Shown in pieces: positions 46,918 through 56,413 of a stretch of DNA of 64,000 nt. The notes below the pieces were generated by a model. It was not told the origin of the DNA and searched no databases. It saw nothing but the letters and a program-made list of their open reading frames with translations. How positions within the stretch are numbered: the stretch's first letter is position 1; each line of letters starts with the position of its first letter. The stretch is from a virus, in the IMG/VR virus record IMGVR_UViG_3300032308_002246, positions 109,963 through 173,962 of that record; one strand, 5' to 3'. The position numbers and the translations under genes are program-made.

Positions 46918-48107
46918 GTTGTAAGGTTCCCTACCGCCACCCATGTATTTGTTGCTCGCTTAATCAATGTAGCACAAGCCCATTGACCCTGAAGTTTTAG
47001 ACCAGAATCATAAGCATTTATGGTTACGCCACTTCCCTGCAGTGTTACCAAATATGTGCCGGTTGTTTGAAGAACATCGACTCTGTCGCCAATAGCAAAG
47101 TTGGCGTCATTTGCCGATGTTATTGTGACAGTAACATTTGCTGATGTCGGGCCAACTTCAATAAGTTTTCCGAGGTCGGCAACAAGTATGTTGTAATTAT
47201 TCGATGTTAGAGTTACCGCTGTTCCAGCACCAGTTGACCTAAAACCAGCGCGCGCCGCTCCAGCAGCAAGGTCTGTTGTGGAAACAGAGTTTGCTAAGTT
47301 TAATTTTGAATACGAAATTGATGCTGACGCACTAATATCGGAATCAACAATAACACTGGCTGAAATCGCTGTAACACCAGTGTCTGAAATTGTTACATCT
47401 CCAGACTCCGCAACGGCAGTCGGAACGCCAGAAGAGTTGTAGACAATAATGTTTCCAGCAGTGCTTGTTGCCAATTTTGACAAAGCAATAGACGCAGATG
47501 CGCTTATGTCTTCGTTGACAATAGTTCCATTTACTATATTTGCTGATGCAATAGTTATTGCGGTTGGGAGTGCCCCTGTAGCAAGTTTTGACAAATCAAT
47601 AGACGCAGAAGCATTTATATCAGCATTGACAATTGTTCCGTCAAGAATTTTATCACTTGTAACTGAACCAGTTGCAAGTTTTGCTTCTGTTATAGCGCCG
47701 TCTTCAACTTCAGCTGTTTGAACTTCTCCTGAACCACCGGTTATGACCCAATCATCGCTTGTTCTTTTAATTAAGGTTACTCTTGTCCATTGAGATGAGA
47801 TTGTCGTTAGACCGCCCTCGGCTGCAACTGTTACGCCTGGTGCACCAGCAATACTCAATGAACCTGTAGAAACGAGAAGAACATCAACCCTGTCTCCAAT
47901 TTCAAAAGTAACAGCGGCGTTGGTCGGTATTGTCAGAGTAATTGACCCAGAGTTTGAGAACTCCAAAAGCTTTCCTCTGTCGGTAGCTACAAGTGTGTAG
48001 CTTGTTCCAGTCTGGACATTTTTTGTAAAATTAAAATCGCTTGCCTGGAGCGTATTCATCTGTGAGGCCGTTAGTGTCTGGCCAGCTGCAAACGTCTGAA
48101 TTGTCAT
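46914..48107 (-). CDS. Short fibre/adaptor with two copies of the shared domain (cassette 3)
   Basis: SYTLVATDRGK...WVITGG and YNILVADLGK...TWVAVGNLTT flank 'IVN.DI.ASASI..SKL' repeats. Confidence 0.75.
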   Translation of the reverse strand: MTIQTFAAGQTLTASQMNTLQASDFNFTKNVQTGTSYTLVATDRGKLLEFSNSGSITLTIPTNAAVTFEIGDRVDVLLVSTGSLSIAGAPGVTVAAEGGLTTISSQWTRVTLIKRTSDDWVITGGSGEVQTAEVEDGAITEAKLATGSVTSDKILDGTIVNADINASASIDLSKLATGALPTAITIASANIVNGTIVNEDISASASIALSKLATSTAGNIIVYNSSGVPTAVAESGDVTISDTGVTAISASVIVDSDISASASISYSKLNLANSVSTTDLAAGAARAGFRSTGAGTAVTLTSNNYNILVADLGKLIEVGPTSANVTVTITSANDANFAIGDRVDVLQTTGTYLVTLQGSGVTINAYDSGLKLQGQWACATLIKRATNTWVAVGNLTT

Positions 48108-48313
48108 TTTTTTCCTCTGTCAAGAGTTGCGATAGTGCAAAAGATTTCTTGGCTTGACTTACATATTAACACTGTAACCAATTTTTATAGATAGAAAGAA
48201 AAATGCATCTCTGTAAATTGGCGTGCTTGCTACCATTTTACTATGTTTTGCATATTTTTTGTAGCTACTAAAAAATGCTAGAATTGGAGGCATTTTTTCA
48301 CCCTGGAGGATAG

Positions 48314-51300
48314 ATGTTTGGTCAGCGACGACGCATAAACAAGCCCGCAGCCATCATGGCTGTTCCATCTGTATTTTTTTTGCTTATTGGAATTTTTGGT
48401 TTTTCTGCCCCGGTGCAAGCAACATTTACCACAAATACACAAATATCCAATGGACAAGCATTCCTTCAGGGAGAATTTGCTGAAGTAGGCGTACGAGCGA
48501 ACGGCGCATTTGGCTCAACAAGTGTTCCTTCTGGCTTTCATGCCAACCCACCAAACTGTCTTGGTTTCCGTGTTGACCGTGAAATGGACGGATGGGGAGC
48601 CACAACAGACGACGGCGACTACTTCTGTCCAGGCTCACCGTTTGAGGGCTGGCAAATGAAGGTTGCTGGGAGTATTGGCAAAAACGACCACGGTCAAACA
48701 GGTATTGCAGGTGCAGTTTCTGACATCCAAGACTCTGGCTCATCTCAGTGCGTTTCTTGGAACAGCGCAAGCCCATACAACGGTGTGAGCGTCTCGCAAA
48801 GATACTGCGTGCCTACAGCAGGGCAAGCACTTCATACGGATGTGACTCTCACCAACACGACTGGCTCTGCAATAGAAAATGTTTTTTTCGGTCGAGGCTT
48901 TGACCCAGACAACGCAACTGGTTCTGGCGCTATGACTTGTGCTGGTGGAACTGTTAGTACATCAATGTTCCAGTCCTGCAACGGCGTAACTGGCCAGGGA
49001 ACGGAAGCACAGGCTACAGCAAGGTGGGGAAATAACGCATTTATTGCACTTCAATCATTTGATGCTCGTGCTCGTGTTGCCCGACAAGCTGGTGGATTTT
49101 CTTCCCCAGACCCTGCTGATATTTGGAACGCTGGAAACACACTTGCAACTAGCGGAACATACCTCGGCAATGTTGGTGAAATGTATGCAGACGCTGGAAT
49201 ATACGTTGCCTTGAATGTGCCAACACTTGGTGCTGGCTCTTCAACATCGTTCCGCATTAGCTATGTGCTTTCAGCAGATGGGAACAATGCTCCAGTTCTT
49301 GGCTCACCGGTTGTGAGTGGCATTGGCCAGACATCTGCAACTGTTGCCTCAACAGTCAACCCAAAGGGTTTTTCTACTACAGCAGAATTGGTCTACTCAA
49401 CTGACCCAGATTTTGGAACTTCTAGCACAGTGTCAATGGGAACTTTTAGTGGCTCAGATGAAGTAGCTATTAATGCAGAGATTACTGGTCTTGACCCAAG
49501 CGAAATCTACTATGCAAAGATTGTTGCAACCAACGAGACTGGTGAAACAGAATCTGCAGTATTTGAATTTGAGACCCTTGCGGCTACTGCCCCAATAGTC
49601 TCTTCCGAAGAGCCAACGGTAACTGTTGATGACGGCCCTGTAACCCTATCTGGAACCTTGAACCCCAATGGATTTAGTTCTACAGCTGTATTTCAATACA
49701 GCACGACGGCTGACTTCTCTGGAACTGTCGTTGACATTCCGGTCTCTGGAACTTTTACTGGGACATCTCTTTCAACTGTATCGACTGTAGTTTCTGGTTT
49801 GACTAGCTCGACCACTTATTACTTCAGACTAAAAGTAACCAATGCTTCAGGTTCGGCGTATGGTTCAACTATTTCTTTTGTTCCTGCCGACATCCCTGCA
49901 CCAACATCGTTGGTTGTGACAAGACTTGAAGATACGACTGCTAATGGGACTCTGCGTTGGGCAATAACGCAAGCAAACGCTACTGCTGGAGGTATATACG
50001 ACTCAATCACATTTAGTATTGATGGGACAATATCTCTTGCTAGTGCACTACCACAGATAACTCAAAATGTGACAATTACCGGCAACGGAAGAACGCAAAC
50101 CATCATTGATGGAAACAACCTGTACCGCATATTTAATGTTCCATCTGGCAGAAGCCTAACCGTATCCGATATGACTCTTAAACAAGGACAAAATGTTTAC
50201 GGTGGACTTATATATAATTCCCAAGGAACGGTTGTTGCAACAAATATCAGATTTACAGCAATGACTGGTGGTAGCGCTGTTTGGAATAATGCTGCTGGCT
50301 CAACAGCAACATACACCAACTCAACATTTGACTACCTGAGCATCGGTATTGGTGGAGACCACGGCTCAACCCCACAGCTTCCGGCTGGAGTTACAACTTG
50401 GGCAGACCAAACAGATTCTGCTTTCCAAAACAAAACATATGTAAATAATTGCGTATTTAGCAATAACGGTTCTGGTATAAACACCCAGCGCTTTACAAAA
50501 GTGCAAAACTCAACATTTACAAATAACTCTTATGGAGCAAACATTCAAGGCTTGAATCGTGGTCAGGTTTTAAATTCAACATTTACAAACAATGGAATCG
50601 GCGTTTATCATAACGGTTGGATACCAACTACATTCAATATGGGAACCGACAACCGACTAATTAGTGGAAATACTTTTACAACAAACGGAATAGCCATTTA
50701 TCTTGACGACACATACAACAATGGTCAAAAGAACCAAAGTTGGTCAACAGTAATTGGCAACTCGTGGGATGCTTCAGGTGTATGGATTCGTCACTATCAA
50801 TGGAATGGAACTACCCAAGTTGAAGGGACTGCTCGTCCATATACAACTGGAACAGTGTTTACACAAAGCTCCAATGCTTTCCCTGACACAATTGGCGCCC
50901 CATCAAACCTAACGGCAACTGATACTGGTTCTGGAATCCTCCTTGACTGGGATGCGCCTACATCTGGTGGATACTTGCCTGAACGCTATGCCGTTAGTTG
51001 GTCAGGAAGTCTTGGCGGTGGTGGAATAGCAACAGGAAACGTTGGTGGCGCAAATGCCTTGAATACATCTATCGAAATCCCGTACTCAACCATATATTCA
51101 TTTGGTGAACAAGGAGAAACATTCCCGTTCTACATTCGTTCCGATAACGACACATTCTCAAAGTATTCAGCTAATTCAAATACTGTGTCAATCCAGGTTG
51201 GTGTTTCTTCAAGCACTACGACTACTAGTAGTTCAGTTCCTACAAGTAGTTTAGTTCCTACAAGTAGTTCGTTGCCAGTGGCACCAGAAGAATCGACAAC

Positions 51301-52558
51301 GACCACAGAGCCAGAGGTAGTTGTCGTCCCTGTATCGCCTGAGCCAGGCACCACAGTCCCAGAAGACACCACCCCAGAAACAGAAGAGACGCTGCCTGAA
51401 GAAACAGAAACAACAGAGACACTGCCAGATACGACAGATGAAACAGTGCCATCAGAAACAGAAACGGAAACAGAATCAGGTCCATCTGAAGAGTCTACCC
51501 CTGAATCAGAGGAGGTTGCAATTGTTATTGACAGCCTTCCAGATGATGCAACACCAGAAGAAATCGCAGAAGCAGTATTTGAGGCCATAGATGGGGCCAC
51601 AGCAGAAGAAATCGGTGCAGTTCTTGAGTCCGTATTTGAGGAAGCAACATCTGACGAGGTGGTTGCAATTCTTTCTACTGTATTTGAAGATGCTTCGTCT
51701 GCAGAAATCGTATCAATACTCTCCGAAACATTTGTCGATGGTGCCACTGACGAAGAAGTAGCAGCCGTTACTGAAGCACTTCTATCTGATGGAATAACTG
51801 AAGAAGCTGTATCAACGCTTATTGATGTTCTCGAGAGTGGAGTGATTGATGAATCACAGGTTGAGGCTGTTGTTGAAGCAATTCTCGCAGAGGAAATAAG
51901 CGAAGAAGTAGCCACCGAACTTGCGACAAGCGCTGCTGTTATTCAGAACATTACGGCAGAACAAGCAACTGACATCTTCCAATCAGTTCCGGTTGGGGAA
52001 CTGTCTGCAGAAGATGGTTCAGCAATCGTTGATGCAGTTCAAGACGCCCCCACCGAGGTTAAGGAATCGTTCGAAGAGGAAATCAACATCTTCACTGGAG
52101 TGTTTGACGACTATGTCCCACTTGATTCAACGATAGATGTTGGAACAAGAAGAAGCGTTATTGCTGTAAACTTGGTAACCAGCACTGTGGCTTTGGCTTC
52201 AGCTGCGGGTGGATTGCCAACCCCATCTTCATCAACCTCAACCCCTAAGCAAGACCTGGCTGCTCGTAAGCCGGAGGACGAAGAGACTGAAGAAGGTGGA
52301 GCAATCGAAGGCGAAGGCCCAGATTGGATAAAACGGATATCTATTTACAAATACGAAGATGGAGTAAGAGTTATGGACTGGAAAAACTTTGCAAGAAAGT
52401 TTGTTTACGGAATTATGGCATCTGGATTTACACTTGCTGGCGCGACGGTCATGTACTTCACGCTGTCTGGTTTGACCCAACAAATTGCCCTTTGGGGAAC
52501 ACTTCTTGCTTTCACTGGCTCAATGTATCTGCATATGAAAGAACCAGATAGCGAGTAG
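48314..52558 (+). CDS. Large secreted, membrane-anchored surface protein (FN3, beta-helix, acidic stalk)
   Basis: Signal peptide ending PVQA; FN3 repeats; 'GTLRWAI..AN' and (NSTF.NN)n beta-helix; Glu/Thr/Pro linker; C-terminal hydrophobic helices. Confidence 0.7.
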   Translation: MFGQRRRINKPAAIMAVPSVFFLLIGIFGFSAPVQATFTTNTQISNGQAFLQGEFAEVGVRANGAFGSTSVPSGFHANPPNCLGFRVDREMDGWGATTDDGDYFCPGSPFEGWQMKVAGSIGKNDHGQTGIAGAVSDIQDSGSSQCVSWNSASPYNGVSVSQRYCVPTAGQALHTDVTLTNTTGSAIENVFFGRGFDPDNATGSGAMTCAGGTVSTSMFQSCNGVTGQGTEAQATARWGNNAFIALQSFDARARVARQAGGFSSPDPADIWNAGNTLATSGTYLGNVGEMYADAGIYVALNVPTLGAGSSTSFRISYVLSADGNNAPVLGSPVVSGIGQTSATVASTVNPKGFSTTAELVYSTDPDFGTSSTVSMGTFSGSDEVAINAEITGLDPSEIYYAKIVATNETGETESAVFEFETLAATAPIVSSEEPTVTVDDGPVTLSGTLNPNGFSSTAVFQYSTTADFSGTVVDIPVSGTFTGTSLSTVSTVVSGLTSSTTYYFRLKVTNASGSAYGSTISFVPADIPAPTSLVVTRLEDTTANGTLRWAITQANATAGGIYDSITFSIDGTISLASALPQITQNVTITGNGRTQTIIDGNNLYRIFNVPSGRSLTVSDMTLKQGQNVYGGLIYNSQGTVVATNIRFTAMTGGSAVWNNAAGSTATYTNSTFDYLSIGIGGDHGSTPQLPAGVTTWADQTDSAFQNKTYVNNCVFSNNGSGINTQRFTKVQNSTFTNNSYGANIQGLNRGQVLNSTFTNNGIGVYHNGWIPTTFNMGTDNRLISGNTFTTNGIAIYLDDTYNNGQKNQSWSTVIGNSWDASGVWIRHYQWNGTTQVEGTARPYTTGTVFTQSSNAFPDTIGAPSNLTATDTGSGILLDWDAPTSGGYLPERYAVSWSGSLGGGGIATGNVGGANALNTSIEIPYSTIYSFGEQGETFPFYIRSDNDTFSKYSANSNTVSIQVGVSSSTTTTSSSVPTSSLVPTSSSLPVAPEESTTTTEPEVVVVPVSPEPGTTVPEDTTPETEETLPEETETTETLPDTTDETVPSETETETESGPSEESTPESEEVAIVIDSLPDDATPEEIAEAVFEAIDGATAEEIGAVLESVFEEATSDEVVAILSTVFEDASSAEIVSILSETFVDGATDEEVAAVTEALLSDGITEEAVSTLIDVLESGVIDESQVEAVVEAILAEEISEEVATELATSAAVIQNITAEQATDIFQSVPVGELSAEDGSAIVDAVQDAPTEVKESFEEEINIFTGVFDDYVPLDSTIDVGTRRSVIAVNLVTSTVALASAAGGLPTPSSSTSTPKQDLAARKPEDEETEEGGAIEGEGPDWIKRISIYKYEDGVRVMDWKNFARKFVYGIMASGFTLAGATVMYFTLSGLTQQIALWGTLLAFTGSMYLHMKEPDSE

Positions 52559-52653
52559 ATACTTTATTTAGTAGCCTAATTTTATGCGACTTTTGTTGTA
52601 AAATTTAGGAGCGCTATACGGCGTTTCTAGCAATTTTACGAAAAGAGTTGACA

Positions 52654-53418
52654 ATGAGTAAATTAGCTTGGGACTATATCGTTCCGGTCGTTCTTCCAAA
52701 AGACCTTAAGGGCATTGAGCCGGGCAAACTTCCAGCAAACCTTTTGCGGGCTGTTCCAGGTGGCGGGAAGATGCATTGGATTGCCGCGTCTGCGTGGACG
52801 GCAATGGTTGAAAAAGCAAAAGCCGCAGGAATTGAACTAAAACCCACGTCAAGCGGTGACACATATCGAGATTACGAAAGCCAAAAAAGAGGCTTCCTCA
52901 CCAGATACCAACTTGAACCAGTGGCTGGGACTAGCACCAAAACATTTGAGGGCAAAACTTGGTACCTCAAGAAAGGTATGGCTATGTTGGCCACGCCTGG
53001 TAAGTCGCAGCACAACCTTGGGTTGGCTGTCGATGTTCATTCAGCTTCAGAACCAAAACGTCTTAACTGGTTGATTGCAAATGTAAAAGAATTTGGTTTC
53101 TCGTGGGAAGTTGTTCCTTCTGAACCATGGCATCTTCGATATGTAAATGGCGATAATGTTCCAGCATCTGTGAAAGCATGGATGGATGCAAACGGGGTTG
53201 TTGCTCCAGCAGCAGGAGCACCCGTAACAGCAGCAGGAGCTCGTGGAGAGCACACGGCACTCCAGGAAGCTCTAAAGGCTAAAGGTTTCTATAAGGGCAA
53301 TATAGATGGAGCTATGTCCCCAGCTTTGCAAGAAGCCGTCAAAGCTTTCAAGGTTGCAAACAAGCTTGCAGCTGACTCAGTCGTAGGTCCAAAAGTAAAA
53401 GAATTGCTTGGACTGTAA
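52654..53418 (+). CDS. Endolysin: M15 peptidase plus peptidoglycan-binding domain
   Basis: YR....Q, SQHNLGLAVD, EPWH; C-terminal LQ.AL...G...G..DG......AVK.F.....L.AD..VGP. Confidence 0.88.
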   Translation: MSKLAWDYIVPVVLPKDLKGIEPGKLPANLLRAVPGGGKMHWIAASAWTAMVEKAKAAGIELKPTSSGDTYRDYESQKRGFLTRYQLEPVAGTSTKTFEGKTWYLKKGMAMLATPGKSQHNLGLAVDVHSASEPKRLNWLIANVKEFGFSWEVVPSEPWHLRYVNGDNVPASVKAWMDANGVVAPAAGAPVTAAGARGEHTALQEALKAKGFYKGNIDGAMSPALQEAVKAFKVANKLAADSVVGPKVKELLGL

Positions 53419-53423
53419 GAGCC

Positions 53424-53672
53424 ATGACCGAGATAATCGTTGCCGCTGTTGGCGTTATTGGATTAATCGCCGTTGCTTTAATCGAACAGGGCAGGCGTTC
53501 TTCTAAAACAATGTGGGAAGAAAATAAAGCAGACCACAATTATGTTGTAGAAAAAATTGAAAGTCTAGGGAAAAACCTTGGGCGCTCAATAGATAGAACA
53601 AATAAATCAGTTGAGCGTATCGAGGACAAGCTTGATACGCATATTCGAGACCATGCAGTAGGAGACCTCTAA
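53424..53672 (+). CDS. Membrane protein of the lysis cassette (TM plus coiled coil)
   Basis: N-terminal TM; 'V..IEDKLD.HI.DH'. Confidence 0.6.
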   Translation: MTEIIVAAVGVIGLIAVALIEQGRRSSKTMWEENKADHNYVVEKIESLGKNLGRSIDRTNKSVERIEDKLDTHIRDHAVGDL

Positions 53673-53905
53673 TGGCAAGCGGAAAACCAGCTAAAAGAAA
53701 TGTATCTAATACAACTGTTTCAGCACCAAAAATTGATGACGGAATAAATGTTCTTTATGTTGGAGCTGGTAAGTCTGTATTTCATAAATGCCCAGAATGC
53801 TCTAGGTCTACCGGTAAGGGGATTGTAAGAGAGTATAAAAATGAGCTTTACTGCTCACGTAGTTGCGTTATGTCGCATAAGTCAAAAGTGGAAGTTCCAG
53901 TATGA
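53672..53905 (+). CDS. Small zinc-finger-like protein
   Basis: CPEC...YCSRSC. Confidence 0.5.
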   Translation: MASGKPAKRNVSNTTVSAPKIDDGINVLYVGAGKSVFHKCPECSRSTGKGIVREYKNELYCSRSCVMSHKSKVEVPV

Positions 53906-54174
53906 AGAAAGATTTGTTAGTAAATGTATTACTTAGAATTCTTGCTACTTTTGCTGCATCCGGTTTGGGAGTTATCGGTGCAGGAACTATTGCTGGTGTT
54001 CCAGTACTCAAAGCTGTCTTCATGGCTGGAATTGCAGGGGTTGCGGTAGTAATCGAAGGCCTCTCTAGGGCATTCCTAGAGGATGGGAAGCTTTCAAGTT
54101 CTGAAATAAACGATGTCTTTAACAAGGTTGACAAGAAAGCGCCAGCAAAGGCGAAGGCGAATGAAACGGCTTAG
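53902..54174 (+). CDS. Holin-like membrane protein
   Basis: Two hydrophobic helices and a basic C-terminus, near the endolysin. Confidence 0.6.
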   Translation: MKKDLLVNVLLRILATFAASGLGVIGAGTIAGVPVLKAVFMAGIAGVAVVIEGLSRAFLEDGKLSSSEINDVFNKVDKKAPAKAKANETA

Positions 54175-54379
54175 TCTTGTACTTGTATCCATGCTTGCTC
54201 TTGCTTCTTGTGGTTATGACGGAAAGTATCGCTATCCATGCCAAGACCCAGAAAATTGGGGTACCAGTGAATGCGAGCCACCGGAATGCATGGTAGATGG
54301 CGCGTGCACAGAAACGCTGCTTGGATGGGACCCGAACGAAGTAACAGAAACAACAGTGGAAGGAACAATCGCACCATGA
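54161..54379 (+). CDS. Small Cys-containing lipoprotein
   Basis: MKRLSLVLVSMLALASC lipobox; four more Cys. Confidence 0.65.
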   Translation: MKRLSLVLVSMLALASCGYDGKYRYPCQDPENWGTSECEPPECMVDGACTETLLGWDPNEVTETTVEGTIAP

Positions 54380-54657
54380 AACCACGTTTAACATCAGCGG
54401 AATTAGATGCACGCCTTAAGTTTGTTATTGGCTGCATGCTTGGGTTTGTTCTCCTCATTACAACCGTTGGAGTCCTCTGGGCACTCGTATTCGTGACACA
54501 GCCGATTGGAGCACAGGCCGAAAACGACAAGATGTTCTTTGGGGTTCTGTCCTCAGTTGCCACCTTTATTACTGGTACTCTGGCCGGACTGATGATTTCA
54601 ACTGGAAGAAATGCTGAAGACAAAAATGGAAACGGCATCCCAGACAGCGAAGAATAG
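54376..54657 (+). CDS. Two-TM membrane protein
   Basis: ATGA-coupled to the lipoprotein; two TM helices; DKNGNG tail. Confidence 0.6.
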   Translation: MKPRLTSAELDARLKFVIGCMLGFVLLITTVGVLWALVFVTQPIGAQAENDKMFFGVLSSVATFITGTLAGLMISTGRNAEDKNGNGIPDSEE

Positions 54658-54668
54658 GATGTAGCGTC

Positions 54669-55196
54669 ATGAAAATAGAAAATTTAAGAATTGGAGATAA
54701 AGGTCCTGCAGGTGGAATAATTTTTATCAATCCCACCACACATGGGAATAAGACTGGTTTGTGGTTTGAGGCAGGTCCATGCAGAAACCCAGATTTTGTT
54801 CAAATTCCATGGGCATCCCAATATGGAGATTCTGGTGCTTCTGGAACGACTATTGGCACAGGCAAAAGTAATACAAAACTCATCGCAGCCATGAGCGGAA
54901 ATACAAAAGATAACTGCGCAGCCTCGTATTGCGTTAATTATTCGTGGAACGGATTTTCAGATTGGTTTTTGCCATCAGACAACGAGATGGACCATTTGTT
55001 TGCTCATCGAGACATAGTTGGTGGCTTTGATGATGGCAACTCCTACTGGAGCTCAACGCAGGGTGTTCCAGGCGTGGACTTTACATACGAAAGCGCACAT
55101 GTGCAGATTTTTAGCGCAATTGGGTCTGGTGGATACAATGTAAGCAAGGACAGATTGTACTTTGTCCGCCCAGTTCGCTCTTTTGACAACGAATAA
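54669..55196 (+). CDS. DUF1566/Lcl-type C-type lectin-fold protein
   Basis: IGD.GP.GG..F, DWFLPS..E, YWSST, VRPVRSF. Confidence 0.75.
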   Translation: MKIENLRIGDKGPAGGIIFINPTTHGNKTGLWFEAGPCRNPDFVQIPWASQYGDSGASGTTIGTGKSNTKLIAAMSGNTKDNCAASYCVNYSWNGFSDWFLPSDNEMDHLFAHRDIVGGFDDGNSYWSSTQGVPGVDFTYESAHVQIFSAIGSGGYNVSKDRLYFVRPVRSFDNE

Positions 55197-55441
55197 TGAG
55201 AGTATGGATTGACCAGGACTTATGCACTGGAGATGGTCTTTGCGCGGAGATAGCCCCAGATGTTTTTCATATGATGCCGGACGGTCTTGCGTATGTAAAA
55301 GAAGGGGACAAGATTTATGCGGCCGCTGTGGGGAACCCAGAAGGCGCAGCTGGATTGGCTTCTTTCGCAGACGACAGGCTGGCTGATGTAATTGATGCAG
55401 CCGAAGAATGCCCCGGCGAATGCATCTTTATTGAGCCTTAA
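55196..55441 (+). CDS. Ferredoxin (actinobacterial single-cluster type)
   Basis: V.ID.DLCTGDGLC...APDVF...CPGECI. Confidence 0.85.
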   Translation: MRVWIDQDLCTGDGLCAEIAPDVFHMMPDGLAYVKEGDKIYAAAVGNPEGAAGLASFADDRLADVIDAAEECPGECIFIEP

Positions 55442-55584
55442 CGACCTAGTCGTTCCCTCTCAAAGTTAATCCATTCCTGCTTAGCTGTACTGCTTCCGTA
55501 TGAGTCGTAACCATTTACGGAATTCATGATGAATTTATGGACCAAAAGAATCGCTATTGATGAAAGTATGATGAATGTGAGCAT
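55438..55584 (-). CDS. Small membrane peptide
   Basis: 48 aa from ATG 55584 (MLTFIILSSIAILLV...); CATAAT 6 nt upstream. Confidence 0.4.
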   Translation of the reverse strand: MLTFIILSSIAILLVHKFIMNSVNGYDSYGSSTAKQEWINFERERLGR

Positions 55585-55662
55585 CTGACTATTATGGCAA
55601 TCAATCTCACAAAAAGATGCAACTATGCTTAGTATCTCAAAATTAGATACCATCAATCTCTT

Positions 55663-56271
55663 TTATCGAATATACATTCCTAATCTTTCGTCTTCATCAT
55701 CATCGTCATCTTTTATAAAAACATAACCATTTGGTGGCTCTATTGGAGAGCCTTTCCATACCGGTATTACCTCTGAATTGCCATGAGAAAAATCAGGGTT
55801 GTTTCTTAAATGTATTTCTATCAATTTTCCGCCTATGAACTCACAGTTCAACGTTTTATACCTCAGTGGGATTAGCCCGATGAATTGTGGCAACGGATGC
55901 GTTTTTTCAGTTTTAACCCATTTTGTAAATTTTTTGTATGGGTCCTTTTCGTCTTTATCTCCAATAACTGAAAGTATTGGGTTGTATTTTTTGTAATCAA
56001 CACTTATGTGCTCACCTTCAAAAACTTCACACCAGAACTCCCCAGGGTGTAAAGCAGATGTGCCTTTTTCTAGATACTCAACCCTTGCAAATAGACCCAT
56101 GCCGTACATGTTGGATATTGGCTTTACAAAATAGTTTCCTGGTTTTGGAACGTCCATCCCCCTTGGGCCGCAAATATAGCCAGCCTTTCTTGAAACTATT
56201 AGTTTGTCAAAAATCCACAAGTCCTCAAGAGCGCAATTCTTCCATGCGTTTATTTCCTGGGTGTGTTCCAT
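55663..56271 (-). CDS. ATP-grasp-like protein
   Basis: FVKP..N..GMG, E.F.GEH.SVD, N.EFI....IE.HLR.NPDF. Confidence 0.55.
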   Translation of the reverse strand: MEHTQEINAWKNCALEDLWIFDKLIVSRKAGYICGPRGMDVPKPGNYFVKPISNMYGMGLFARVEYLEKGTSALHPGEFWCEVFEGEHISVDYKKYNPILSVIGDKDEKDPYKKFTKWVKTEKTHPLPQFIGLIPLRYKTLNCEFIGGKLIEIHLRNNPDFSHGNSEVIPVWKGSPIEPPNGYVFIKDDDDDEDERLGMYIR

Positions 56272-56413
56272 TATCTAATTTTACCTTATATCACAAATGT
56301 TTTGAAAGCTAAACAAATTACATTTCTTAGAACATTGATGCATGGGATAGACTAATCATGTAGGCCCATGTAAAGAGTTGGGTCATTTTTTTTAGATTTA
56401 TCTCAGGTGGAAA

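Noticed and set aside
51130-51915. 261-aa antisense ORF and short tandem repeat near 51226-51272
   Set aside because: Mirror of the Glu/Thr-rich stalk. The repeat simply encodes TSSxVP linker units.
54669-55196. DUF1566/CLec protein as a possible diversity-generating retroelement target
   Set aside because: No reverse transcriptase and no adenine-variant template repeat seen in this window. One elsewhere in the genome cannot be excluded.
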